Of a stretch of 64,000 bases of DNA, positions 39,513 to 50,156 are shown piece after piece. The stretch comes from Octopus vulgaris (lineage: Eukaryota). The position numbers and the translations under genes were made by a program. Numbering within the stretch: position 1 is the first letter of the stretch; each line of letters opens with the position of its first letter. The stretch is taken from assembly GCA_951406725.2 (NCBI GenBank), contig OX597814.1, positions 203,112,001-203,176,000 of the forward strand. Direction: 5' to 3'. The notes beneath the pieces are model-generated. The model was not told the origin of the DNA and searched no databases. It saw only the letters and a list, made by a program, of their open reading frames with translations.

Positions 39513-39717
39513 CGATCTATGTACTTGTGATATTTTTCTGTATTTACCCCCAAACCTTCGTGAGCTGTCTAGAGTAAACATTATCTGAGAGAAATTTTCT
39601 TTAAGTAGTAGAAATGCTAAGAAAATTTTTTTGGCTGCTATTTCTACTAAGTTCAGTATGTGGCAAAGTAATTTATTTTACTAAGCCCTAATTATATAAT
39701 GTAATATTTTGAATTCG

Positions 39718-39752
<35 letters not shown>

Positions 39753-40416
39753 TGCATGTATGTTTGTGCTTTTGTCTTGGCATTGTGTGGTAGTTGTAAA
39801 TGAGTATCACTGTCATACAAGCAGTACCATTCACTTCCAGTCTTCCATGTAAAACAGGTGAGGGTTGGCAACAGAGAAGGCATCAGCTGTAGAAAATCTG
39901 CATCAATAAATTTCGTCTGACTCATACAGTTACGGAAAAGTGGATGTTAATGCGATGTGTGTGTGTGTGTGTGCATATATCATCATCATTGTTTTGTTTA
40001 CTTGCCATGCTGGTATATATGTTTATGTATGTATGTATATATATATACATATACGTATGTTGGGCCTCATGGAAGCAAAGTGGCTGCACTCCTTTCGAAT
40101 GATGGTCCTCATGGAGGCAGTGACCAAGATCTTTGGCATTATGTCATGCCTGAAGAAGAAAACCCATCAAGCCTAGCAAAATTGCAGTCATGGCAGATAC
40201 TGGCACCATGCAAATGGCACCAATGCCGGTAGCATGTAAAAGCACCCATTACACTCTTGGAGTAGTTGGCGTTAGGAAGGGCATCCATCTGTAGAAAACC
40301 ATGCCAAATCAGACTGGATCCTGATGCAGCCTTCCAGTGTACCAGTCCAGTAAAACCATCTAACCCATGCCAGCATGGACAACGGACGTTAGATGATGAT
40401 GATATATATATATATA

Positions 40417-41594
40417 TCTCTCTTATTATAAAAGGCAGATTTTATCTGCCTCCCTTTGGGAGTTATACAAATCTACAATATAGGATTTCTTCAATTACAA
40501 TTTACCTAGCATTTTTAAGAGTAGAATGCATCGGGTCATGCCAGGTCCAGTTTTTAAAATTTAAACTCCAATTAAGCAAAATTTACAGAAAACTCACATT
40601 CTGGTGTGTATGTCAAATGCTTTTCTTAGTCTGGTTTACAGCACACGCAAACGCACACACACAGTGTGCAATGAATAAAGTGAAACTAGATGTAATATTT
40701 GTTTCTGTCTATCACGCTGATAGATACATGAGTAAAATGTATGGGAAGCTAACAGATAAGAGTGAGTGAAAATGTTCTTGGAAGAGAGTAAATTAGCGAC
40801 TGAGTGATTTGAGGAAGACTAAACTGAAAGTATGAAACAGTGTTTATGTATAAACAGACGACACTTATATAAACCCTTTCGTTACCAAACCGCCCGAATT
40901 TACCTATTCATATTTAAATGAGAATATCAGAGTAAATCTCTTTAGTACATTCGTGAAAACACGTATTATACTTCGTAAACACTTCAAATACAGTTTTGTA
41001 CAAAAATCGAAGTGTAATTTTAATTCCGTGAATTATGGGAGATTTTTTTCCGAAATTTGTTCCTATTGTGTTTTCAAAATTTGTAATTCTGACAAAAAAT
41101 GGATACGAATTTCATTATATCAAGCAGCGAGTCAGAATTCGAAGGATTTTCTACTGAAGACCTTCATAAATCTAACTCTATGACTGAAAAAAAAAGCATC
41201 TTTATATAAGAGTGAAGTTGTGTGTCTGTCCCCTTCGATTTAAATTCGTAACTACTCCCACATTTTGCAGTGCAGTTTAACCAAAAGCGGGTATCTTATA
41301 GTCGTGATTCATATCGAGCCCTTCTGGGTATTAGCGCACGTCTACGATGAGTCTACGATTTTAAAAAAATTTACCATCATATTTTTCCATTTTAATGCAT
41401 TTTTTTCGCTTTTATATAAGGGAAGTAACTCTCTAAAAATATCTACGATGTGTCAACGATTTAAAAAAAAATTTACCTTAATTTTTTTTCCATTTTTAAT
41501 GCATTTTTTTCCTATTTTTTGGCTATAACTCTCTAAAAATGCTTATATAGTTATTTCCCTTACAAACCCGAGCAACGCCGGGCGATACTGCTAG
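40417..41594 (+). mobile_element. Composite non-autonomous Helitron with two 5' ends and one 3' end
   Basis: A|TCTCTCTTATTATAAAAG at 40417; second A|TCTTTATATAAGAG at 41199; 3' hairpin CCCG-AGCAACGC-CGGG (41567-41582) followed by CTAG|T (41591-41594). Confidence 0.8.
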
Positions 41595-41608
41595 TATATA
41601 TATATATA

Positions 41609-41886
41609 TCACAGTGACACACAGTGACTGACCAGGCTATCAGATGTTGCTGGTCACAATGCGCTTCGCATTGTTTTAGCCTTCAAATGACGCCACCCCA
41701 CTGGCTAAGCGAGCAGGCCAACAGAACAAAGAGTGAGAGAAATTTGCGGCGAAAGTGTACAGCAGAGATCGCCGCCACCCACTGCCGGAGCCTCATGGAG
41801 CTTCAGGTGTTTTCGCTCAATAAACACTCACAACGCCCGGTCTGGGAATCGAAACCGCAATCCTACAACCGCGAGTCCGCTGCCCT
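41609..41886 (-). mobile_element. tRNA-derived SINE, head C + tail 3
   Basis: Head C (AGGGCAGCGGACTCGCGG...) joined to the tail found on head D copies at 30375 and 46268. Confidence 0.82.
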
Positions 41887-41899
41887 ATATATATATAGG

Positions 41900-41947
<48 letters not shown>

Positions 41948-42776
41948 GAGAGTGTGTGTGTGTTATATAAATGAAGAAGAGTTTGTTGCTTTTTCTTTTT
42001 TAATGTCATGTTAAACTTTACTTATATGTGCAGCTTTAAAATACAATTTGAATTTCTATTTTGTTACTGTTGGTTCTATTTTCAACAAAACCATTTACAT
42101 TCTCAGCAAACTCCATGAAGTTTTACTTGTATGGTAGGTACATTTACAGACTGGTCTATCTTAATTAGGTTTGTCTGCTTGTCCAGTGCAGTTTAGAATG
42201 TCACGAGTAGACAGTTCAAATGTCTCTCCAAAAATCATTGATGTAACAACAGTCTATCACAAGTGCTCTGATTAAGTGCACCAGACTTAATCCTCGGCGC
42301 CATTCAAAGATGGTTGTTGTCAGAGTGAGTCGGTTGTATTTTGGAGGAAGGGGTGGGGTTTTAAAAGAATAACAAAAGAAAAAGAGAGAGAGAGAGAGAA
42401 AGTGAGGAAAAGTTGGCAACAAATTCCTAGTGAAAGATGTGCTTTTGAATGTCACCATTTATCAAGTTTGGCGGCAATATCAATAGAAGAGAAATTTAAG
42501 CAGGATGACATAGCATTTTCTGGTTTGTATTCTATGAAGGAAGTTCAGATGACTTGAAAGGTGTTATATTTTCCTTTTCACTTGTCTAAACTGAAAAAGA
42601 GAGCTTTGTTAAAGTCAGCCATGTTCCATATTACAGAACTGAATGTTAGCAGAAGTGTTCGATATTGTGCAACAGATGCAGTCATAGCTGTGTGGTTAAG
42701 AAGTTCGCCTGACAACTATGTGGTTTCAGGTTCAGTCCCACTGTGTAGCTCTTGGACACGTATTTTCTACTATAGC

Positions 42777-43191
42777 TATTTCTTTACTACCCACAAGGGG
42801 CTAAACATAGAGGGGATAAACAAGGACAGACAAAGGGATTAAGTTGATTACATCGACCTCAGTGCATAACTGGTACTTAATTTATCGACCCCAAAAGGAT
42901 GAAAGGCAAAGTCGACTTCGGAGGAATTTGAACTCAGAACGTAACAGTAGACGAAATACCTATTTCTTTACTACCCACAAGGGGTTAAGCACAGAGGAGA
43001 CAAACAAGGACAGACAAAGGGATTAAGTCGATTACATCGACCCCAGTGCGTAACTGGTACTTAATTTATCAACCCTGAAAGGATGAAAGGCAAAGTCGAC
43101 CTCAGCAGAATTTGAACTCAGAACGTAATGGCAGACGAAATATGGCTACGCATTTCGCCTGGTGTGCTAACGTTTCTGCCCGCACACCACC
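42777..43191 (-). mobile_element. Head-to-tail family-A SINE dimer inside one TSD, nested in a CORE-like SINE
   Basis: Two units joined at 42960/42961; TTTTCTACTATAGCT repeated on both outer flanks. Confidence 0.88.
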
Positions 43192-43430
43192 TTTTCTACT
43201 ATAGCTCTGGGCTGCCCAAAGCCTTGTGAATAAATGTAATTGATGAAAACTGAAAGAAGCCTGTTGTGTGTGTATATACCGTATCGTTTATCTTTTACTT
43301 GTCTCAATCATTGGATTGCAGCCATGCTGGGGCACTGCCTTGAAATTTTAACCAAATGAATCTCAGTACTTTTCCTTTTCAAACCCTGGTACTTATTCTA
43401 TCAGTCTCTTTTGCTGAAATGCTAAATTAT

Positions 43431-43773
43431 TGTTGTAAAGCGATCTTTTGTCACTTTTGATGACAGTTGTCGCTCTGACAGATATTGTTTTATTCAAAAG
43501 TCATCCATAGAATGGTTCTGTCTGGCACTGTGTGACACCCCCACTAATACAGTGTTATTATCCTGAAAAGGTTGGATCATTATAATATCCAGCTCAGTAT
43601 CACAGTTTGATCACTATATCAGCACACACACACATGACTATCAACACAGTCTACATGTACTCTCGACCTTTCGACCTTCTTTTTCCTTCTCCTCTGTCAA
43701 CCAGCTGCTGGTTTATTTTTAATGGCTGGCTACTCCACTTTTTACTGGGAGGGGTGTACATTTTCACAGTACA
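43431..43773 (-). mobile_element. Candidate solo LTR inserted in a SINE tail
   Basis: TGTTGT...AGTACA termini interrupt the SINE sequence GCTAAGTTA..GGGGAC; AATAAA on the - strand; TSD imperfect. Confidence 0.5.
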
Positions 43774-43897
43774 ATGGTTATGGGGACATAAACAAACCAA
43801 CACCGGTTGTCAAGTGATGGTGGGGGACAAACAGATACAAAGGCACACTCAAACTAATATATAACTATCTTTCTCTCTCTCTAGCTCCCCCTCTCTC

Positions 43898-43944
<47 letters not shown>

Positions 43945-44356
43945 GTGGTGGTTGTCTACTCCTTATGCAAAGTTTGACCACCTCCTGTACCTACACTTTA
44001 GAACCATCATGGCATCTGATGTGGCTTTTTAAGCAAGACAATGTTTTTGAAAAGACACACCCAAGAGTTGCAGTTAAGTTCTGATCTTTGTGGATCTTAA
44101 AATGTCTTTGGGGGCCTCCGTTAGATTTGCAGACCTTATGGTATACATGGCATTGAAAGATGTGCTCAGACATATAAGCAGAATAGTTGGTGGAAGTTCG
44201 TTTTCTGTGGGTTTGCAAACAAGATTTGAGCCCAGCAAAAAAAAGGCATGGTCTGTCACAAACTGTGCACACAAAAAGGTCATTGTGATTCACCTTCTTG
44301 ATCGTAACATTCTTCTTTAAATCTCTCTTGAGTTTTGCATGCGTTATCCTGGACAA
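43945..44356 (-). mobile_element. RTE(BovB-like) LINE 3' end encoding up to three degenerate C2H2 fingers
   Basis: CTVCDRPCLFFAGLKSCLQTH, CHVYHKVCKSNGGPQRHFKIH and C..SKTLSCLKSHIRCH, then a stop, a short UTR and a microsatellite tail; no splice sites evident. Confidence 0.6.
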
Positions 44357-44507
44357 TATATATATATAAATTAGAAAAAACCAACTTTTATCAATTCAAA
44401 ATGAAAAATTGAATTACACCATCTAGAAAATTACATATAATAGAAATATTAAATATAAGATAAAAATAATATACCGATGATTAAGTAATGTGCAAAATAA
44501 TAAATAA

Positions 44508-44552
<45 letters not shown>

Positions 44553-44856
44553 TTGGAGTGGTTGGTGTTAGGAAGGGCATCCAGCTGTAGAAACTCTGCC
44601 AGATCAGATTGGAGCCTGGTGCAGCCATCTGGCTCACCAGTCCCCAGTCACACCATCCAACCCATGCCAGCATGGAAAGAAGACATTAAACGATGATGAG
44701 GATATAGTGTAGGTATCAGTTAGAGGTGTTTAATCCCTCTAAGGGATAAGTAAATCCAAAGTCACTCCTGGTTATTACCTGGGTAGATATAGTCTTTTGT
44801 AAAGTTGTACAGTAGCAGATGGTTCAGTTGGTAGACCATAGTTTAGGTTATATAGA

Positions 44857-45284
44857 AGAAGAAAATGAATGTAATAACAAGGGGAAACTCATGGTTTTCG
44901 CTGGTATGCCTTTAATTTAATTAGATAACAAATAAGGAAGAAGCAATGATGAAGGTAGCATTTACGATTGTTTCGATTTACTAGTTTTAGTAAATCTCTT
45001 CAGAATGCAAAAAATAGATTGATACATTGGTTAGGGTGTGAAAATAATTGATACATATGTGATGGTAATAGAAGCAAAGGTAGTAAGTCTTACATTAAAT
45101 TTTGTTCTTGCACTGGTAATTTCACTGGAGATAGGTTTCATTGTAATAGATTAGTTAGTTTCGTTGGGCAATTAGAGCGGGGTGAATATTATTTTGGTGT
45201 GGGGTTCATTCTTCTTTGTTATCTAATTAAAGCATACCAGTGAAAACGACGAGTTTCCCCTTGTGATTACATCCATTTTCTTCT
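44857..45284. mobile_element. Fold-back element with ~70-bp diverged inverted arms and a hammerhead in the spacer
   Basis: 44857-44932 versus 45215-45284 are reverse-complementary; (TA)n on the right flank. Confidence 0.8.
44958..45008 (-). ncRNA. Minimal type I hammerhead ribozyme motif
   Basis: Minus strand: GCATT CTGAAGA GATTTACTA-AAAC-TAGTAAATC GAAA C-AATC-G TA AATGC. Perfect 5-bp stem I, 9-bp stem II, GUA site. Confidence 0.88.
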
Positions 45285-45310
45285 CATATATATATATATA
45301 TACATATATA

Positions 45311-45353
<43 letters not shown>

Positions 45354-45454
45354 ACAGTTCAAATTGGGGTGTCTTACAAGGGAAGACACCCCAAGAGAGT
45401 TGGGGTGTGGTGTCGAAGGGAGGTGGCTTTGTGCCAGATGATAAGTTAGTTTGA

Positions 45455-45770
45455 TAATAATGAAATTATTGTGTACAGTGCTCAGGTGCACCACAACTCA
45501 TCAAAGGTGCATGTATAGTACATGGAATTATGTACAAAAGTCAGGAAAGTGAACAGTGTACAAGTTATGATATACATATGTGCATGCATACAGAGTGGGG
45601 AAGATCAGGTGTAGTGTTGGCAAATTTCAGGAAGCATGGAGGTTTTAAAGGATGCAATGTCTTGGCAACTAACAACTGATGCAGGTAGTTTGTTCCATGC
45701 TTCAACAACTCTGAGTGTGAAAAAAATGTTTCCTAAAGTCATGGGAGCTGTGCTGTTTTCTGACTTATAA
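45455..45770 (-). mobile_element. CR1 LINE 3' end
   Basis: Reverse translation FFTLRVVEAWNKLPASVVSCQDIASFK. Confidence 0.8.
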
Positions 45771-46140
45771 TTACATCTCCTGAACTTTGAATTTAAAACT
45801 GGAATTTATGAAATAATCATTTACAGATATCTGAAGACTATTGAAGTTTATTATTATTATTATTTGGTTATTTATTATAGAAATGATTCATTTATCTTCC
45901 AGCATCAGCATAATTTAGTAAAGCATAACATGTTTAATTAAATGAAGCACAAAATTGTAATTTAGCATGTTTCTCTACATCACGACATATACTTATTAAT
46001 TTAACGGATGCTGTTAATTGCATCATCATGATTTCCTGTGGATTTTTCAAAATTAATAAAAATATATGATTTAATTTCTTTTGAGTTTTAATTTGTTTTC
46101 ATTGTTTTAAACATATATAGATTTTGTTTTGTTTTTACAG

Positions 46141-46235
46141 ACAAAAAATTTTCCATCAATGAACAGGGCATGATTACAACTGCTTCCACATCAACTGTAT
46201 TCCCTGCAGACAGAATTTACACTCTCAATATTGAG
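46141..46235 (+). CDS. Cadherin-superfamily gene, internal exon C (95 nt, phase 1/0): (D)KKFSINEQGMITTASTSTVFPADRIYTLNIE
   Basis: TTTTTACAG acceptor; GTAGGT donor at 46236; the G from exon B plus AC gives GAC (Asp); F-x-I-N-x-x-G-x-I-x-T and Y-x-L-x-I motifs continue the EC repeat of exon B. Confidence 0.9.
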
Positions 46236-46793
46236 GTAGGTTTTTGCTTCTTTTGAATCAAATTACGTAATATATGTATATATATGTGGAAGGTATGTGG
46301 CACAGTGGTTAAGGTGTTGCTTTCATGATAACTAGATCGTAGGTTCGATTCCCAAACTGGATGCATGTCATGTTCTTGAGTAAAACACTTCATTTCGCAT
46401 TGCTCCAGTCCACTCAGGGTGTAAATGGATCACCCTGTGGTGGATTAGCCTTCCGATCAGGAAGAATGTTGGCCTGCTTACCTCACTTTTGAAGGGTGGC
46501 ATCCTTCAAAAGTCAAAACAATGCAAAGCACATTGTCAACAGCAGTGTATAACAACATGCAATAGTCTGGTTGATATCATAATATATATATATATACATA
46601 TATGTGTGTGTGTGTGTATGTTTGCATCTATATATATAAAATAGTCTGGTTGATATCATGATATATATATATAGCTTCTAAGCTGAAGTGAAGACAGCAT
46701 GTTTTTTGTCTATCTCCTTACCTTCTTGGAGGTTTTAGGTAAAATTATACTAATGTGTCCATCTGTTTTAATTTAATTTAATTCTATGTATTT

Positions 46794-46881
46794 ATGCAGC
46801 TGAGGATTGCTCTGCATTTAAATTGATGTAATGGTTGCATTGTTCAATTAAATGGAGTCGCTTAAAACGCTCATACTGCAT
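46794..46881 (+). ncRNA. Degenerate hammerhead motif (probably inactive)
   Basis: ATGCAG CTGAGGA [long imperfect stem II] AAAA (for GAAA) CGCTCA TA CTGCAT; 6-bp stem I intact; G>A-type decay in the core and stem III; lies between (TA)n tracts. Confidence 0.5.
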
Positions 46882-47071
46882 TACCTCTGGATATCCTGTT
46901 GCTTATTTTGGTGTGTCTGTATATATATATATACATATAGTTAATTCGAGGAAGTCATCTCCTCATTAGGTATTATATAATCCAAGATATTCCACTGGTT
47001 TAATCCCTATCATATAATGCAAAAGACATTTTGGTGTATGTTCAGGATTATTGAAATTATCAATATTGGAG

Positions 47072-47392
47072 GGAAAACAAGAAGAAAATGGAGAAGAAAT
47101 GGACATAGGTAATAATTTATTTGTATGTTACAAAAAGATGACACTTTTTTAAAAAAAACATAACAGTACATATAAATTGACTGACAGGTTGAAAGCTCAA
47201 AAAATAAATTAAGATAAAATATCTATTTTTATTTTTTATTTTTTATTCTAATTTATTTTTTGAGCTTTCAACCTGTCATTCAATTTATATGTACTGTTAT
47301 GTTCTTTAAAAAAAATCCGTCATCTTTTTGTAACATAAATATAAATTATTACTTACATCCATTTCTTCTCTATTTTCTTCTTCTTGTTTTCC
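47072..47392. repeat. Diverged AT-rich palindrome (~140-bp arms)
   Basis: 47072-47211 versus 47249-47392 are reverse-complementary. Confidence 0.88.
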
Positions 47393-47404
47393 ACCCAGTA
47401 TATT

Positions 47405-48060
47405 TGCCAGTGCTGCCTGACTGACTCCTGTGCCAGCGGCATGTAAAAAGCACCATTCAAGCATGGTCAAAGCCAGTGCCACCTAACTAGCGCCTGGGCC
47501 AGCGGCATGTAAAAAGCACCATTCAAGCATGGTCAAAGCCAGTGCCACCTAACTAGCGCCTGTGCCAGCGGCATGTAAAAAGCACCATTCAAGCATGGTC
47601 AAAGCCAGTGCCACCTAACTAGCGCCTGGGCCAGCGGCATGTAAAAAGCACCATTCAAGCATGGTCAAAGCCAGTGCCACCTAACTAGCGCCTGGGCCAT
47701 TGGCATGTAAAAAGCACCATTCAAGCATGGTCAAAGCCAGTGCCACCTAACTAGTGCCTGGGCCAGTGGCATGTAAAAAGCACCATTCAAGCATGGTCGA
47801 AGCCAGTGGCGCCTGACTAGCACCTGTTCCAGTGGCATGTAAAAGGCACCATTCAAGCATGGTCGAAGCCAGTGCCGCCTGACTAGCGCCTGTTCCAGTG
47901 GCATGTAAAAGGCACCATTCAAGCATGGTCGAAGCCAGTGCCGCCTGACTAGCGCCTGGGCTAGTGGCATGTAAAAAGCACCATTCAAGCATGGTCAAAG
48001 ACAGTGCTGCCTGACTAGCACCTGTGCCAGTGGCACATAAAAGGCACCCACTACACTCTC
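47405..48060 (+). repeat. Tandem array of ~10 x 66-bp units derived from the RTE 3' UTR
   Basis: GCATGGTC recurs at 47461, 47527, 47593 ... 47989 (period 66); the array ends in the GCACCCACTACACTCTC RTE tail. Confidence 0.95.
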
Positions 48061-48550
48061 CATTCGCTTTTGCCAAATGTCCTCAAATGCTTCAAAACAT
48101 CATTGATCATCCTCTGACAATTCTCATGCACAAGCTGATAAATTTTCTCCACATTTCTGGGGGTGATGCTCATGGCTGGTCTTCCACATTGCTCATCACC
48201 TTCCAGTTTTGAAGTGCCACTTGAAACATTGCATATGAGCCAGTGCCTTCTTGCCGTAAACTTGCCGAAGCATACTCAATGTCTCTGTAGCAGACTTCCC
48301 AAGTTTAAGGCAAAATTTTGCATTGGCTCTTTATCCCAACTTCCTCTCCATGACCAACATTGCAGACTACAGAATACATGTGATCACAAAAAACACAAAT
48401 TTCACAACTTGTGAAATAAACACAGGAATGCCACATGACACACTTACCACATGAAGGTCACTGTTAGTTCTCACTGCACATGCAACCATGTGCTGCCATC
48501 TGTTGGTGCGCTACAGAACTAGTTTGGGAACTTTTTGATGCCACCTTGTA
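48061..48550 (-). mobile_element. Mariner 5' relic (terminal inverted repeat and N-terminal transposase)
   Basis: TA-CAAGGTGGCATCAAAAAGTTCCC terminus; RANAKFCLKLGKSATETLSMLRQVYG. Confidence 0.85.
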
Positions 48551-48865
48551 TTTTTATTGACCCTGAAAGAATGAAAAGCAAAAGTGACCTTGGCAAAATT
48601 TGAACTCAGAACACAGAGACAGACAAAATACCACTAAAGCATGCTAACAATTCTTATTTCTTTTACTACCCACAAGGGGCTACACACAGAGGGAACAAAC
48701 AAGTACAGACTAACGGATTAAGACCCCAGTGCGTAACTGGTACTTATTTAACCTACCCCAAAAGGATGAAAGGCAAAGTCGACCTCGGCGGAATTTGAAC
48801 TCAGAACGTAGCGACAGATGAAATACTGCTAAGCATTTCGCCTGGTGTGCTAACGATTCTGCCTC
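48551..48865 (-). mobile_element. Two adjacent or nested family-A SINEs
   Basis: Two GGCAAAGT..ACCT..GAATTTGAACTCAGAAC-like blocks. Confidence 0.75.
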
Positions 48866-49669
48866 AAAACAAAAATTAAAATATAATAATAAATATAACT
48901 TTTATTGATGTCGGTGAGAGAGATAAGAAGTTTCAAGAAGTTATCATATTGTTTATTTTTGAAAGTTTCGTAGCAGAATATGGCAAATTGAGAATTGTAG
49001 ACCTTTGATAAGAAAGCAAACATTGTATACATACATTAATTTAACAGTATTAGACGAGAAGAAGAGCAAGAAGCATATTAAAATCTATGATTCTTGACTA
49101 CAAACATTTACTTTGTAGATTTAAATGACACCCAGTATTGACAATTTTATAACTTTAAAGTTCCCTGACATAATAATTATTGTAAACAAAATATTCATGT
49201 CATTGACATTGTGTAAACATCAAATATAAGTTGAACAAGAAAACTTTTGGAAGAGGCCGTTTAAAAGTTTGTTCTTTACTGTTGTTTGTTTGGTTTTTTT
49301 AGTGTCTTTAAATATTGCTTTTACATATAACCATGTAATTCTAAATGTTTAAGGATGTGTGTTTGTATGTGTGTGCATGTATATGTGTGTCTGTACACAC
49401 ACACTCGCATGTGTGTGTATAATATATATATACATATATACATACATATACATACCTACATACATATATGTATATATATATATAATTTCACATGTATCCA
49501 TGTTATTCAAAAATTTTATTCTCTCACACAGATATATAACATAACATATAACCGTGTAATTCTAAATTTTTACTTCGTGTGTGTGTGTGTGTGAAGGCAC
49601 ATGGTTTTGTGGTTAGGATATTTGGCTCGTGATCATAAGCTCATGAGTTCAAATTCCAGGGTAGACAAT

Positions 49670-50119
49670 GTATGCAATGGAAGGCTATATGTGTTTCAGC
49701 AAGTCTCTGCACTACCACACATGGCTCTAGTAACACAGGAATGGATGGCTGAAAATTTTCATGATCACATAACCCCTAACATGTGGCCTCCTAATTCCCC
49801 ATATCTCAATTCATTGGACTATTACCTGTGGTGCGTTGTTGAGAGATAGAGGTCAATGAACATGCCCATAACACCAAAGATTCTTTGGAAGTTGCCATAG
49901 TCAGAATAATGTCCAAAATTAACCAGGACCACTTGATTCGAGAATGTAGATGATTTAGATCTCATATAGAAGCAGTTATTGAAGTTGAAGGTGGCTTTGT
50001 TGAATAACATTACAGAAAAGGTTTATTTTTATCTTCATAGCACTGTTTGATAAATAAAGATATTATATATCTGGTTTTTTTATAACCATAAATCTGTCCT
50101 CAAATATCTTATGCACCCC

Positions 50120-50121
<2 letters not shown>
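49670..50121 (+). mobile_element. Tc1/mariner (maT/DD37D-like) transposase C-terminal relic with right end
   Basis: YVFQQ..A..H...VTQEW...WPPNSPYLNSLDYYLWCVVE...IEAVIEVEGGFVE*; terminus ...TTATGCACCCCGTGTGTA. Confidence 0.85.

Positions 50122-50156
<35 letters not shown>

Larger units (their letters stand above)
38847..39693. mobile_element. Fold-back element: 324/323-bp inverted arms, 200-bp spacer, (TA)n-flanked, Penelope-like
   Basis: Arms 38847-39170 and 39371-39693 appear identical apart from one A-run indel; each arm contains a hammerhead motif. Confidence 0.9.

Noticed and set aside
47405-48060. CRISPR-like array or 22-aa repeat protein ORFs
   Set aside because: Units are contiguous 66-bp tandem repeats with no unique spacers and no cas genes, in a eukaryotic context; they derive from the RTE 3' UTR.
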